A stretch of DNA of 64,000 nt from an uncultured delta proteobacterium (lineage in GTDB: Bacteria > Myxococcota > Myxococcia > Myxococcales > Myxococcaceae), in NCBI GenBank assembly GCA_963796055.1, contig CAWCKH010000004.1:1952001-2016000 (forward strand), written 5' to 3'. Below, one piece after another: positions 11,332 to 20,115 of this stretch (position 1 is the stretch's first letter; each line of letters starts with the position of its first letter). Below the pieces are notes generated by a model. The model did no database searches. It saw only the letters and a list, made by a program, of their open reading frames with translations, and had not been told where the DNA came from. Position numbers and translations under genes: made by a program.

Positions 11332-13059
11332 CTAGCCCCGGCCCGAGCCCGGTGGCGCAGCGAGCCGGAGCACCGGCACCCGGCGGATCCGCTGGTCGTA
11401 GGACGGATGCCGGAGGAGGAAGAAGCGACGTCGCGCGTCGGCGTCCGCGGCGAAGGCGGGGTCCCTCAGCCGCTCCCCGAAGGCGGCGCGCAGCCCGGCA
11501 TCGCGGGCCAGCTCTGCCTCGGCCCACGGCTCGAGCAGGTACGCCTCGACGTACTCCTGCTGCTGGAACGCGGCGTTGAACGTGCCCCAGGCCGTGAGCG
11601 AGTCGGGACCGGTCGGCTCGAGCAGGTGTGCGGCCAGCGCGGCCCGCGGCTGGGTGAGGGGAACGAGGAGGGTGCCACGCGGCAGCTCCTGCGACCGCGG
11701 CGCCGACCACGCACCCGCCGCGTCCAGCCGCTGCCGGCCCTCGTACGGCGCCGCGGCGGGGCGGGGATCGGTCAGCTCGAACGCCGAGACCCGCGCGGTG
11801 GTGACCCGGGACACGGTCCGGTGCTCGACCCCGTGCCGCCCGAGCGCCTCGGCGACGGGACCGGCCCAGCCAGGCGGCACCGCCCACCCGCCCCGCGGCA
11901 GATCCACCCGGGTGGTCGGCACCAGCCGGCTGCGCAGCGGAACCCGCCAGAGCTCGGGCCGGTCCAGGTGGAAACGCAGGTACGTTCCCCCGGTCGCGGG
12001 AGACGGCGCGCGGTCGTAGGCGTAGGCGGGGAACTCGATGGTCTCGGTCTCCTCGCTGGCGGCGAAGGCGAGGTCGAGCGCGGTGGGCGGCTTGCGCGCG
12101 GTCTCCTCGTCCGCGCGCCGCGTCCGCACCCGCCACGCCGGTCCGTGCTTGCGGACCGAGGCGAGCGCCGCGGCCAGGACGTCGCGCGTCGTCACCACCC
12201 GGGTGCGGTAGTCCTTCCAGCTGTGGGTCTCGACCAGCACCGCGAGCCGGTTCCGGAGCCCCCAGTAGCTGTGGGAGAAGCGCGGCGGATAGACGGTGCG
12301 GGTGAAGCCCGAGGCCGGGTCGTCGTCGCGCACCAGCGAGGGGTAGAAGTCGAGCGGCAGGTGTCCGCCGGCTCGCAGCTCGGCGTGGATCTCCTCCTGG
12401 AGGACCCGCGCCAGCGCCTGCATCGGCGGGGGGCCCTCGAAGAGCGGGGCCACCAGCAGCGAGACGTCCGGCAGGAAGTGCGCCCCGTCGGTGACGTGCA
12501 GGTCGAGGAACACCAGCGGGTCCCATGCCTGGAGCACCGGGAGCAGCGCCCGCATCTCGGGCGCATCGGCCTTCATCCAGTCGCGGTTCAGGTTCAGGTT
12601 CCGGGCGTTGGTGCGCCAACCTTGTTCCCGGGGCCCGTTTTGGTTCGGGCGGTGGTGGGGCGAGGCGTGCTCGTGGCCGTCGACGTTGAAGATGGGGACG
12701 AAGACGAAGGTGACCTCCCGGAGAACGCCGGGAAGGGTCGTGCCCTCGAGCAGCTCGCGGAGAAGCTGGAACCCGGCGTCCTTGCCGTCAATCTCCCCGG
12801 GGTGAATGCCGCCGAGGGCGAACACCACCGGCCGACCCCGGCGCCGAGCCTTCTCCGGGGTCAGCGTCCCGTCGTCGCTGGCGGCGAGGATCCACATCGG
12901 GCGGCCCTCGCCGCTGGTGCCGAACTGCTCGGCGCGCACGCGACCCTTGAAGCGGCGGACGAACGCGCGGGCGAGCGTGTCCACCTCGGCAGCGGGTCCG
13001 GTTTCGAGATACCCCGTGAGCTCGGCGTGGGTCTGCAGGGGGCTGGTCGGTCTGGGCAT
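11332..13059 (-). CDS. M14 family zinc carboxypeptidase
   Basis: GGIHPGEIDG, NVDG, NLNRD, DLH motifs. Confidence 0.88.
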   Translation of the reverse strand: MPRPTSPLQTHAELTGYLETGPAAEVDTLARAFVRRFKGRVRAEQFGTSGEGRPMWILAASDDGTLTPEKARRRGRPVVFALGGIHPGEIDGKDAGFQLLRELLEGTTLPGVLREVTFVFVPIFNVDGHEHASPHHRPNQNGPREQGWRTNARNLNLNRDWMKADAPEMRALLPVLQAWDPLVFLDLHVTDGAHFLPDVSLLVAPLFEGPPPMQALARVLQEEIHAELRAGGHLPLDFYPSLVRDDDPASGFTRTVYPPRFSHSYWGLRNRLAVLVETHSWKDYRTRVVTTRDVLAAALASVRKHGPAWRVRTRRADEETARKPPTALDLAFAASEETETIEFPAYAYDRAPSPATGGTYLRFHLDRPELWRVPLRSRLVPTTRVDLPRGGWAVPPGWAGPVAEALGRHGVEHRTVSRVTTARVSAFELTDPRPAAAPYEGRQRLDAAGAWSAPRSQELPRGTLLVPLTQPRAALAAHLLEPTGPDSLTAWGTFNAAFQQQEYVEAYLLEPWAEAELARDAGLRAAFGERLRDPAFAADADARRRFFLLRHPSYDQRIRRVPVLRLAAPPGSGRG

Positions 13060-13086
13060 CGGGATCCGAGCAGTCTGGACGAGAAC

Positions 13087-13605
13087 TCAGCCCAGCGGCA
13101 GTACAGGCTGGAGCGCGCGTTCGTGCTGCAGCAGCCACCGCTTGCGCTCCAGCCCGCCCCCGAACCCGGTCAGGTTCCCGTTCGAGCCGATGACCCGGTG
13201 GCAGGGCACCACCACGGGCACGGGGTTCTGCCCGTTCGCCGCCCCCACCGCCCGCGTCGCCCGCGCGTCGCCCAGCTCCTCCGCGAGCCGGCGGTAGCTC
13301 CACGTGGTGCCGGGCGGAATCCGGCGCAGGGTCTCCCAGGTGCGGCGCTGGAACTCGGTACCGTGCAGCCGCACGGGCAGGGCGGCGAGCGCGTCCAGCT
13401 CGCCACCGAAGAAGCGACGGAGCGGACCCGAGACGCCGGCCGGATCGGCCACCGGTACCAGCTCGTACCGCCCCAGCACCCGGGCCACCCAGGATTGCAG
13501 CGGCCCACCACCGTCGAAGGTGATCGCCACCAGGACGCCAGCCTCGGCCGCCACCCCCAGCGGGCCGATGGGCGAGTCGACGACTGCCATCTCGAGCCTT
13601 CTCAC
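13087..13605 (-). CDS. ogt: Methylated-DNA--protein-cysteine methyltransferase
   Basis: SPIG, GTEFQ..W..L..IP.G, AVGAANGQNP..VVPCHRVIG; GTGA overlap with the alkA stop. Confidence 0.93.
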   Translation of the reverse strand: MRRLEMAVVDSPIGPLGVAAEAGVLVAITFDGGGPLQSWVARVLGRYELVPVADPAGVSGPLRRFFGGELDALAALPVRLHGTEFQRRTWETLRRIPPGTTWSYRRLAEELGDARATRAVGAANGQNPVPVVVPCHRVIGSNGNLTGFGGGLERKRWLLQHERALQPVLPLG

Positions 13606-14450
13606 GTCGCTCCCTCCGACCACAGCCACAGCGTCGCGTACCCCCGCCACGGGCGCCAGCGCTCCGCGCGCCGCTCCACCTCGCCGGCGCTCGCCAGGTG
13701 CCGCCCCCGTCCGAGCGCCCGGCGGAGACCGAGGTCCGCCGCAGGCAGCGCATCGGCATCGCCCAGCGCCCGGAGGGCGACGATGGAGGCGGTCCAGGGG
13801 CCGATTCCGCGGATGGCGCGTAGCGCGCTCTCCACCTCCGCCAGCGAACAGGTGCCGTCGAGCCGGAGCGCGCCCGAGCAGACCGCCCGGGCGAGGGCGC
13901 GCACCACCGGCGCCCGGAGCCGCAGCCCGGGGACCTCCTCGAGCGGCGCGCTGGCCAGTGTCTCGGGCGTGGGGAAGCCGCGCCACGGTCCACCGGGCAG
14001 GCCGGGGAACGGAGTCCCGAACGCCTCCACGAGTCGCCGGGCGACCGTCACCGCGGCCGCGACCGAAATCTGCTGCCCGATGACCGCCCGGACCGCCGTC
14101 TCGAATGGCTCCCACGCTCCGGGGACCCGCAGCCCGGGCCGCCTGGCAATGGCCCGGCGAAGCCGCCGGTCGCTCTGGAGCGTCCTGCGGACCTCCCGCA
14201 CGTCGGTCCGGGTGTCGAACAGCCGCTCGAGGCGCGTCCGGGTCGCGGCGTCCAGGGGGATCGGCGTCTCGACCGCGAGCACACCCGTGCGGACCCTGAC
14301 GCGGAGGAGCGCGGGCTGCCCACCGACGAGCGCCGCCCGTTCCCAGGCGGAGCCGTCCACGCGTTCGACGCCCGGAAGGGCACGGGCTCCCAGAAACTGG
14401 AGCACCCACCGAGCGTCATAGGGCCGCGTGACAGTGAGCATCGCTTCCAT
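13602..14450 (-). CDS. alkA: DNA-3-methyladenine glycosylase II (AlkA family, no Ada domain)
   Basis: AlkA_N-like start, PGLRVPGAWEPFE.AVRAVIGQQIS, HhH GIGPWTA, D..P..D, WRPWRGYA. Confidence 0.9.
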   Translation of the reverse strand: MEAMLTVTRPYDARWVLQFLGARALPGVERVDGSAWERAALVGGQPALLRVRVRTGVLAVETPIPLDAATRTRLERLFDTRTDVREVRRTLQSDRRLRRAIARRPGLRVPGAWEPFETAVRAVIGQQISVAAAVTVARRLVEAFGTPFPGLPGGPWRGFPTPETLASAPLEEVPGLRLRAPVVRALARAVCSGALRLDGTCSLAEVESALRAIRGIGPWTASIVALRALGDADALPAADLGLRRALGRGRHLASAGEVERRAERWRPWRGYATLWLWSEGAT

Positions 14451-14500
14451 CGGGAGAGGAGCCTCGAAGAGGGGATGCCCGGGTGTCTTGTCGGTTCCTG

Positions 14501-14554
14501 CAGAGGTGTTTGACACCTCCACGGAGACACCTCCACGGACGACACCTCCACGGA
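14501..14554 (-). repeat. REP-like palindrome GGAGGTGTCAAACACCTCTG plus tandem GACACCTCCACGGA x3
   Basis: 14501-14520 is the reverse complement of the motif at 47874; 14-mer units at 14512, 14526 and 14541. Confidence 0.85.
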
Positions 14555-14764
14555 GGATGACGTGTTCCTGTGTGGGAGAATGACCCACGAACCTGAGTTC
14601 AGTAGGTCTAAAATACATCAGGAACAGAATAGTCACGTCCGCCCGTCCGCACTCCTGGCCTGGAATCGCCTCCGGACTGGTCGGGCTTCGCGCCCGTCCC
14701 TACCTCCATCGCTCGACTTCAACGCCGGGCGGACCTTCGGGGCCGCCGACAGGAGGGTAGGACC

Positions 14765-15028
14765 TTGGGCATCATCACCATGATCGTGATCGGCCTGGTG
14801 GCAGGACTCATCGCCCGGGCCATCGTCCCCGGCCGGCAGTCCATGGGCGTGCTCGCCACCATGCTCCTGGGCATCGTGGGCAGCTTCGTCGGTGGCCTGC
14901 TCGGTTCGCTGTTCAGCAGCGATGGCAACCTCATGGAGCTCCGGCCATCGGGGCTCCTGTGGTCGGTCATCGGCGCCGTCGTCGTCCTGCTGCTGGTGGG
15001 GTTCGCCGGCCGCCGCCGCGCGGTCTAG
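14765..15028 (+). CDS. GlsB/YeaQ/YmgE family stress-response membrane protein
   Basis: GLVAGLIARAIVPG...LGIVGSFVGG...SVIGAVVVL; AGGAGG RBS with TTG start. Confidence 0.9.
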   Translation: MGIITMIVIGLVAGLIARAIVPGRQSMGVLATMLLGIVGSFVGGLLGSLFSSDGNLMELRPSGLLWSVIGAVVVLLLVGFAGRRRAV

Positions 15029-15131
15029 GTCAGGGCGGCCGCAGTCGAGATCCGGGTCAGGGTGTCGTCAGGTGGACTGCAGTCGGCGAGGTCCGGGCGG
15101 CCGCAGTCAGCGATGCCCTACAGGTTCCTAG
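15025..15131 (-). repeat. Modular CTAG-bounded dispersed repeat, copy with 1 internal module (107 bp)
   Basis: Reverse complement aligns with 60864-60966 and with 43414-43458. Confidence 0.85.
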
Positions 15132-15138
15132 CGGGCCG

Positions 15139-16359
15139 TCACCCCAGCACCGGTGACCCGGGCCGAAACCCCGGGAACACCATCGAGGCATCGCCCAGGT
15201 CGAGCTGGGCCCGCGCTGCTTCCCAGAGTACCGAGCGGACGTCGGTGCCGATCGCCAGGTCCCGCTCCTCGAAGAGCTCGGACCTGGCGAGCCCGCGGTA
15301 GCCGCCCACCACGCGACCACCGCGCACGCCGCCCCCGAGGGCCAGCGTGACCGAGGCGGTTCCGTGGTCGGTCCCGCGGTTGCCGTTCTCGCGCGCGGTT
15401 CGACCGAACTCGGTCATCACCACCACCCGGGTGTCCGCCCAGCGCGGACCGAGATCGCGGGCGAAGGCGGCCAGCGCGCCGCCGAGCTCGGAGAGCCGCG
15501 CCGCGAGCTGCCCCTTCTCCGCACCCTCGCCGACGTGGGTGTCCCACCCGCCCATGTCGGTGGCCGCAACCTGAAGCCCCACGCCCGAGCGGATGAGCCG
15601 GGCGACGTCCTGGAGCCGGCGGGCGATGGGGGCGTTGCCGTACTCGGCGCCGTTCGCCGGCGGCAGCTGGGCCACCCTGGCCGATCCGGCCTCGCGCAGC
15701 GCCTCGAAGGTCTCCATCCCCGTGGTGCGCAGCGCGGTATCCACGGCCTGGGCGTAGAGCGCGTCGAAGGCGTTGCTCTCGCCTGGTCCGCCCGGAAGCC
15801 GGAACTGCCCGAGCGACGACATGGCCACCGCCGGCGCGTCGCCCACCAGCATCCGGGGGAGCGTGGGCTGCACCGCCACCACCCGGAACGCGCCGTCCGG
15901 GCCCGGGGCCCGCTGCACCGCGCGGTTCAGCCAGCCGTCGGCGGTGGACTTGGTGCCCGGGGTGCCGCTTTCGCAGAAGTCCTGCGCGTCGAAGTGCGAG
16001 CGGGTCGCTCCGGGCAACCCGGCGGCGTGCACGATGCCCAGCGTCCCCTCGCTCCAGAGTGGCAGCAGCGGGGCGAGCGCCGGATGCAGGGCGAAGACGT
16101 CGTCGAGCCGGATCGCGCCCCCCTCCTTCCCCGGCGGCGCGAGCGCCAGGGTCGGACGCGCGGCGCGGTACGCCGGGTCACCCACCGGGGGGACGATGGA
16201 CAGGCCGTCGGCGCCGCCCCGGAGGAAGACGAGCACCAGCGTCCTTCCCGAGCCCTGCGTCGAGGCGGCGAGCGCGCGCCCGAGGAAGCCCGGAAGCGCA
16301 CCGAGCGCCGCGAGCGCGCCGGCGGAGCGAAGAAGCTGTCGACGGGAGAGGTGGCTCAT
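15139..16359 (-). CDS. DUF1501 domain protein (Tat-exported)
   Basis: SRRQLL Tat motif; FLRGGADGLS, RSHFDAQ, GGWDTH, TEFGRT..ENGNRGTDHG. Confidence 0.9.
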   Translation of the reverse strand: MSHLSRRQLLRSAGALAALGALPGFLGRALAASTQGSGRTLVLVFLRGGADGLSIVPPVGDPAYRAARPTLALAPPGKEGGAIRLDDVFALHPALAPLLPLWSEGTLGIVHAAGLPGATRSHFDAQDFCESGTPGTKSTADGWLNRAVQRAPGPDGAFRVVAVQPTLPRMLVGDAPAVAMSSLGQFRLPGGPGESNAFDALYAQAVDTALRTTGMETFEALREAGSARVAQLPPANGAEYGNAPIARRLQDVARLIRSGVGLQVAATDMGGWDTHVGEGAEKGQLAARLSELGGALAAFARDLGPRWADTRVVVMTEFGRTARENGNRGTDHGTASVTLALGGGVRGGRVVGGYRGLARSELFEERDLAIGTDVRSVLWEAARAQLDLGDASMVFPGFRPGSPVLG

Positions 16360-17981
16360 TGATTCTGGAACTCCGGTGCACCGAGCAGCAGGCCCACCAG
16401 CTTCGCCCCGTCGATGGGGCGTCGCTCGCCGTCGGGCATCACCTCGGAGGCCCCCAGCGCCGCGAGCACGGTGGCGCGGGTCTGCTCGCCCAGGGGCCGG
16501 TGGAGGATGGCGCGCGCGGTCCGGTCCACCACCTGTTCCGGAGCCCCGTCGACCGGTGGAAGCGGCACCTCGGTGCCGGTGAGCCGGCCGGCGGCCAGCC
16601 TCAGCCCGAAGTCGATGCGGGCCACCAGCGCGCCCGGGTTCACCCACGGCTGCGCCGCCTCGGGCCAGCCGGTGGGAGGCTGCGCGCGGTAGAGGGGCTG
16701 GCCCATCCGGTTCAAGGCCTGCACCACGGGCACATCGCCGGCGGTCGTCCCGCCGAGCGCGCGCACCGCCGACACGGTGAACTCCAGCGGGGTCTTCACC
16801 TTGCTGCCGCGGGCAGCGTCGCTCCAGAACTCGGGGCTCTCGAACAGGGCGCGGTAGGTGGCGGTCAGGTCGCCGCCGGTCCGGAGGAAGACCTGGGCCA
16901 CCCGCTCCACCAGCTCCGCCGGCGGCGCGTCGATGACGAACTTCTGCGCCAGCTTCCGGGCGATGAAGCGGGCCGTGGAGGGGTGCGTGGCGAGCAGGTC
17001 CAGCACCCGCTCGCCATCCTCGATTCCTCCGCCGGCGGGAATCTCCACGCCGAGGACGTGCTTGCTCCCGCGGTCGTGCGCCATGGGGTGGAACTCGAAG
17101 CCGCCGTCCTCGTTCGGCTTGCGGATGCCCCAGCCGGTGAAGCAGCGGGCCACCTCGCGCACGTCCTCCTGGGTGTAGCCGCCGTCGACCCCGAGCGTGT
17201 GCAGCTCGAGCAGCTCGCGGGCGTAATTCTCGTTCAGGCCCAGGCGCCCCCGCCTCGGGGTCGAGAAGCCCTCGCGGGTCGAGGCCCAGTTGTCGAGGTA
17301 GAAGAGCATCGCCGGATGGTGGGCCACCGCGCCGAGCAGGCTGCGGAAGCTTCCGAAGATGTGCGGACGGATCGCCTCCCGCTCGTACGGCGACACCATC
17401 CACCGGACCGCGCCCTTGTCCGCCGAGACGTTGAAGTGGTTGAACCAGAAGTCCACCAGCGTTTCTTGCAGCTGGCGCCGGCTCTCGGTAGCACGGATGA
17501 GTCGCGCGGCGACCAGCTCGGCGCCCACCTGTCGCGGGAGGTGGAACAGGTCCACCGCCCCGGCCAGCTCCGCCCGGAGCGCCTGGGGGCTCTTTCCCTC
17601 GAGCGAGATGCCCTTCGCCTCGGCCACCTTCTTCACCCGGGGGTAGCGGGCGACGAGCTCGCCGGTGCTCATGGCCAGGGAGGGGAAGTCCGCCAGGCGC
17701 TTCTCCACGGCGCCGTCGTCGATGTCGGCGGGCCGGAGCTGCCAGGCAATCCATGCCGCGGGCCCCATCTCCTCGACCTGACGGAGGTCCCCGGGCGAGG
17801 GACCGTAGGCGAGCCGGTCCAGCACGTGGACCGCCTGCTCCTCGGCGGACCAGGAGACGCGGGGGAGCTGCAGCGCCCCCGGCCCGCCCGGGGCGATGGT
17901 ACCGGGCGCCGGGCTGCCGCTCCCCGACGACGCGGTGGCGCAGCCGAGGAGCAGGACGAGGGCCGGCAGGGCGAAACGCAT
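16356..17981 (-). CDS. DUF1800 domain lipoprotein
   Basis: Lipobox LLLGC; FWFNHFNV, HPAML.YLDN, NENYARELLELHTLG, GYTQ.DV..FTGW, HPSTARFI; ATGA overlap with the DUF1501 gene. Confidence 0.92.
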   Translation of the reverse strand: MRFALPALVLLLGCATASSGSGSPAPGTIAPGGPGALQLPRVSWSAEEQAVHVLDRLAYGPSPGDLRQVEEMGPAAWIAWQLRPADIDDGAVEKRLADFPSLAMSTGELVARYPRVKKVAEAKGISLEGKSPQALRAELAGAVDLFHLPRQVGAELVAARLIRATESRRQLQETLVDFWFNHFNVSADKGAVRWMVSPYEREAIRPHIFGSFRSLLGAVAHHPAMLFYLDNWASTREGFSTPRRGRLGLNENYARELLELHTLGVDGGYTQEDVREVARCFTGWGIRKPNEDGGFEFHPMAHDRGSKHVLGVEIPAGGGIEDGERVLDLLATHPSTARFIARKLAQKFVIDAPPAELVERVAQVFLRTGGDLTATYRALFESPEFWSDAARGSKVKTPLEFTVSAVRALGGTTAGDVPVVQALNRMGQPLYRAQPPTGWPEAAQPWVNPGALVARIDFGLRLAAGRLTGTEVPLPPVDGAPEQVVDRTARAILHRPLGEQTRATVLAALGASEVMPDGERRPIDGAKLVGLLLGAPEFQNQ

Positions 17982-18040
17982 GCTGATGACCTCGAACACC
18001 GGGGCGGCCAGCGAGTTGCCCCAGCCCGTCACGTTGGCTG

Positions 18041-18056
18041 TGGCACACGCAACGCG
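18041..18056 (+). promoter_or_regulatory. Possible sigma-54 promoter of amtB
   Basis: TGGCAC-ACGCA-ACGCG keeps the GG-N10-GC spacing ~22 bp before amtB; the -12 box is imperfect. Confidence 0.45.
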
Positions 18057-18077
18057 TCAATGCGACAGTCGGGGTCC

Positions 18078-19385
18078 ATGGACCGACCGACCGTCCGGCC
18101 TGCTGGCCTGGCCCTCTGCGCCGCCGTCCTCTGCCTCCCCGCAAGCGCCTGGGCGCAGCCCACAGAGGTCCGCGCGGACTCGGGGGACACGGCCTGGATG
18201 CTGGTGAGCGCCGCCCTGGTGCTCCTCATGACCCCGGGGCTGGCGCTCTTCTACGGCGGGATGGTGCGGCGGAAGAACGTGCTGGCCACCCTGATGTACA
18301 GCCACTTCGCGCTGGCGCTGGTGACGGTGCAGTGGGTGTTCTTCGGCTACTCGCTGACGTTCGGGAAGACGCACGGCGGGGTCATCGGCGGGTTCGACCA
18401 CCTCCTCTTGAACGGGATGGCGGGGACGTTGAAGGGCAGCGTTCCGGCGCTGGTCTTCATGGCCTTCCAGATGAAGTTCGCCATCATCACCCCGGCGCTG
18501 ATCAGCGGCGCCTTCGTGGAGCGCATGAAGTTCAGCGCCTACGTGGCCTTCACCTTGCTCTGGAGCACGCTGGTCTACGACCCCATCGCCCACTGGGTAT
18601 GGGCCGACGGCGGGTGGATGGCGACGCTGGGCGTGCTCGACTTCGCCGGCGGCACGGTGGTGCACTGGAATGCGGGCGTATCGGCGCTCGTCTGCGCGCT
18701 GTTCATCGGGAGGCGGGTCGGGTACGGGCGCGAGAAGTTCATCCCCCACGACCTGCCGATGACCATCACCGGCGCCGGGCTGCTCTGGTTCGGCTGGTTC
18801 GGGTTCAACGCCGGCAGCGCGCTCTCCGCAGGGCAGACCGCGGCCCTGGCCTTCGCCACGACGCACATCGCGGCGGCGACCGGGGCGATGGCCTGGGTGG
18901 TGGCCGAGTGGGTGTTCCGGAGGAAGCCCACCCTCCTCGGCTTCGTCTCCGGTCTGGTCGCCGGCCTGGTGGCCATCACCCCCGCGGCGGGATTCGTCTC
19001 CCCGGCCGCCTCGCTGGTCATCGGAGCGCTGGCCGGTCTGGTCTGCTGGGGCGCGGTGCAGCTCAAGGAGCGCAGGTTCCACTACGACGACTCGCTCGAC
19101 GCCTGGGGCGTGCACGGGGTGGGCGGCATGCTGGGCGCGCTCCTGGTGGGGGTGTTCTCCCGCAAGGCGCTGAATCCGGCCGGTGCCGACGGACTGCTGG
19201 CCGGGGACCCTTCGCTGCTCGGGAAGCAGGCGCTGGGCCTGCTCGTCGCCGGAGCGTACGCGGCGGTGATGACCCTCGGCATCCTCTTCGTGCTGGACCG
19301 CGCGATGGGGCTCCGCGTCCACGAGGACGAGGAGCGCGAGGGGCTCGACGCCACCCAGCACGGCGAGGCGGCGTACACCTCGTAG
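18078..19385 (+). CDS. amtB: Ammonium transporter
   Basis: DTAWMLVS..LVLLMTPGLALFYGG, FQMKFAIITPALISG, DFAGGTVVH, WFGWFGFNAGS, DDSLDAWGVHG. Confidence 0.97.
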   Translation: MDRPTVRPAGLALCAAVLCLPASAWAQPTEVRADSGDTAWMLVSAALVLLMTPGLALFYGGMVRRKNVLATLMYSHFALALVTVQWVFFGYSLTFGKTHGGVIGGFDHLLLNGMAGTLKGSVPALVFMAFQMKFAIITPALISGAFVERMKFSAYVAFTLLWSTLVYDPIAHWVWADGGWMATLGVLDFAGGTVVHWNAGVSALVCALFIGRRVGYGREKFIPHDLPMTITGAGLLWFGWFGFNAGSALSAGQTAALAFATTHIAAATGAMAWVVAEWVFRRKPTLLGFVSGLVAGLVAITPAAGFVSPAASLVIGALAGLVCWGAVQLKERRFHYDDSLDAWGVHGVGGMLGALLVGVFSRKALNPAGADGLLAGDPSLLGKQALGLLVAGAYAAVMTLGILFVLDRAMGLRVHEDEEREGLDATQHGEAAYTS

Positions 19386-19411
19386 GAAGGAAGCTCCGAC
19401 GGCCCGGATGC

Positions 19412-20062
19412 TCAGGGTCGCAGCGAGCGACGCCGGTCGAAGGCGGCTGCCCAGGGGACCAGCAGCCAGAGCGAGAGGCTGACCCACGCCACGGCGGTCG
19501 CGGACGGAGGCGGGGGGCCGAGGAAGTTCGAGGCCTCGGCGAGCACGAGAAAGGCGACGAATCCGACGAGCCCCCACCGTCCGCCCGGAGTCCGCGGCTC
19601 GGTTCCCCGCACGTAGAGCGCGAGTCCGCCGAAGAAGAACAGCGCCTCCAGCGCGAGCGCCGCGGCAGGAACGTTCCACAGCCCCAGTCCGACGCGGATC
19701 GCGCCGCCCGGCACCAGCGGCAGGTCCGGGCGATGGACCAGCAGATCGAGCACCCAGTGGCTGGCGACGCATGCACCGACGACGAGCCCAGCTCGCCGGC
19801 CCTGGCGGAGGGCGATCGCCCCTCCCACCAGCAGCGCCCAGACCAGGGCGGCGGCGAGCGAGTGCGTCCACGGGTAGTACTCGAAGTCCAGCGGGGTCAG
19901 CCGGGTGTTCCCGGGCGCGATCCGGACCCGTTCCCAGCCGAGCAGGAGGAAGATTGGCCAGAGCAGGTCCGCCCACTGCGCAGCAAGGACCAGCACGCCG
20001 AGGGAGGTGCGGGGGCTCGCTCGCCGCGCGGCAAACGCCACCCCGTAGTGGCCGATGAACAT
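19412..20062 (-). CDS. Metal-dependent membrane hydrolase (YdjM-like)
   Basis: MFIGHY, DLLWP, PWTHSL, SHWVLDLLVHRPDLP. Confidence 0.8.
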   Translation of the reverse strand: MFIGHYGVAFAARRASPRTSLGVLVLAAQWADLLWPIFLLLGWERVRIAPGNTRLTPLDFEYYPWTHSLAAALVWALLVGGAIALRQGRRAGLVVGACVASHWVLDLLVHRPDLPLVPGGAIRVGLGLWNVPAAALALEALFFFGGLALYVRGTEPRTPGGRWGLVGFVAFLVLAEASNFLGPPPPSATAVAWVSLSLWLLVPWAAAFDRRRSLRP

Positions 20063-20115
20063 CGCCGCCGCAGCCTGCCAGCTTCGGGGGACCGGGTGGG
20101 ACTCCTCGGTGCCGG

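Noticed and set aside
11407..14421. Very long alternative-frame ORFs (e.g. 11407..14421, 49069..52356, 22670..25108, 8562..10796)
   Set aside because: Antisense or shadow ORFs of real genes, caused by stop-codon scarcity at very high GC.
15139..19385. 1001-aa and 1108-aa ORFs as fusion proteins
   Set aside because: Only their C-terminal parts (DUF1501, AmtB) are real; the N-terminal extensions overlap the DUF1800 gene out of frame or antisense.
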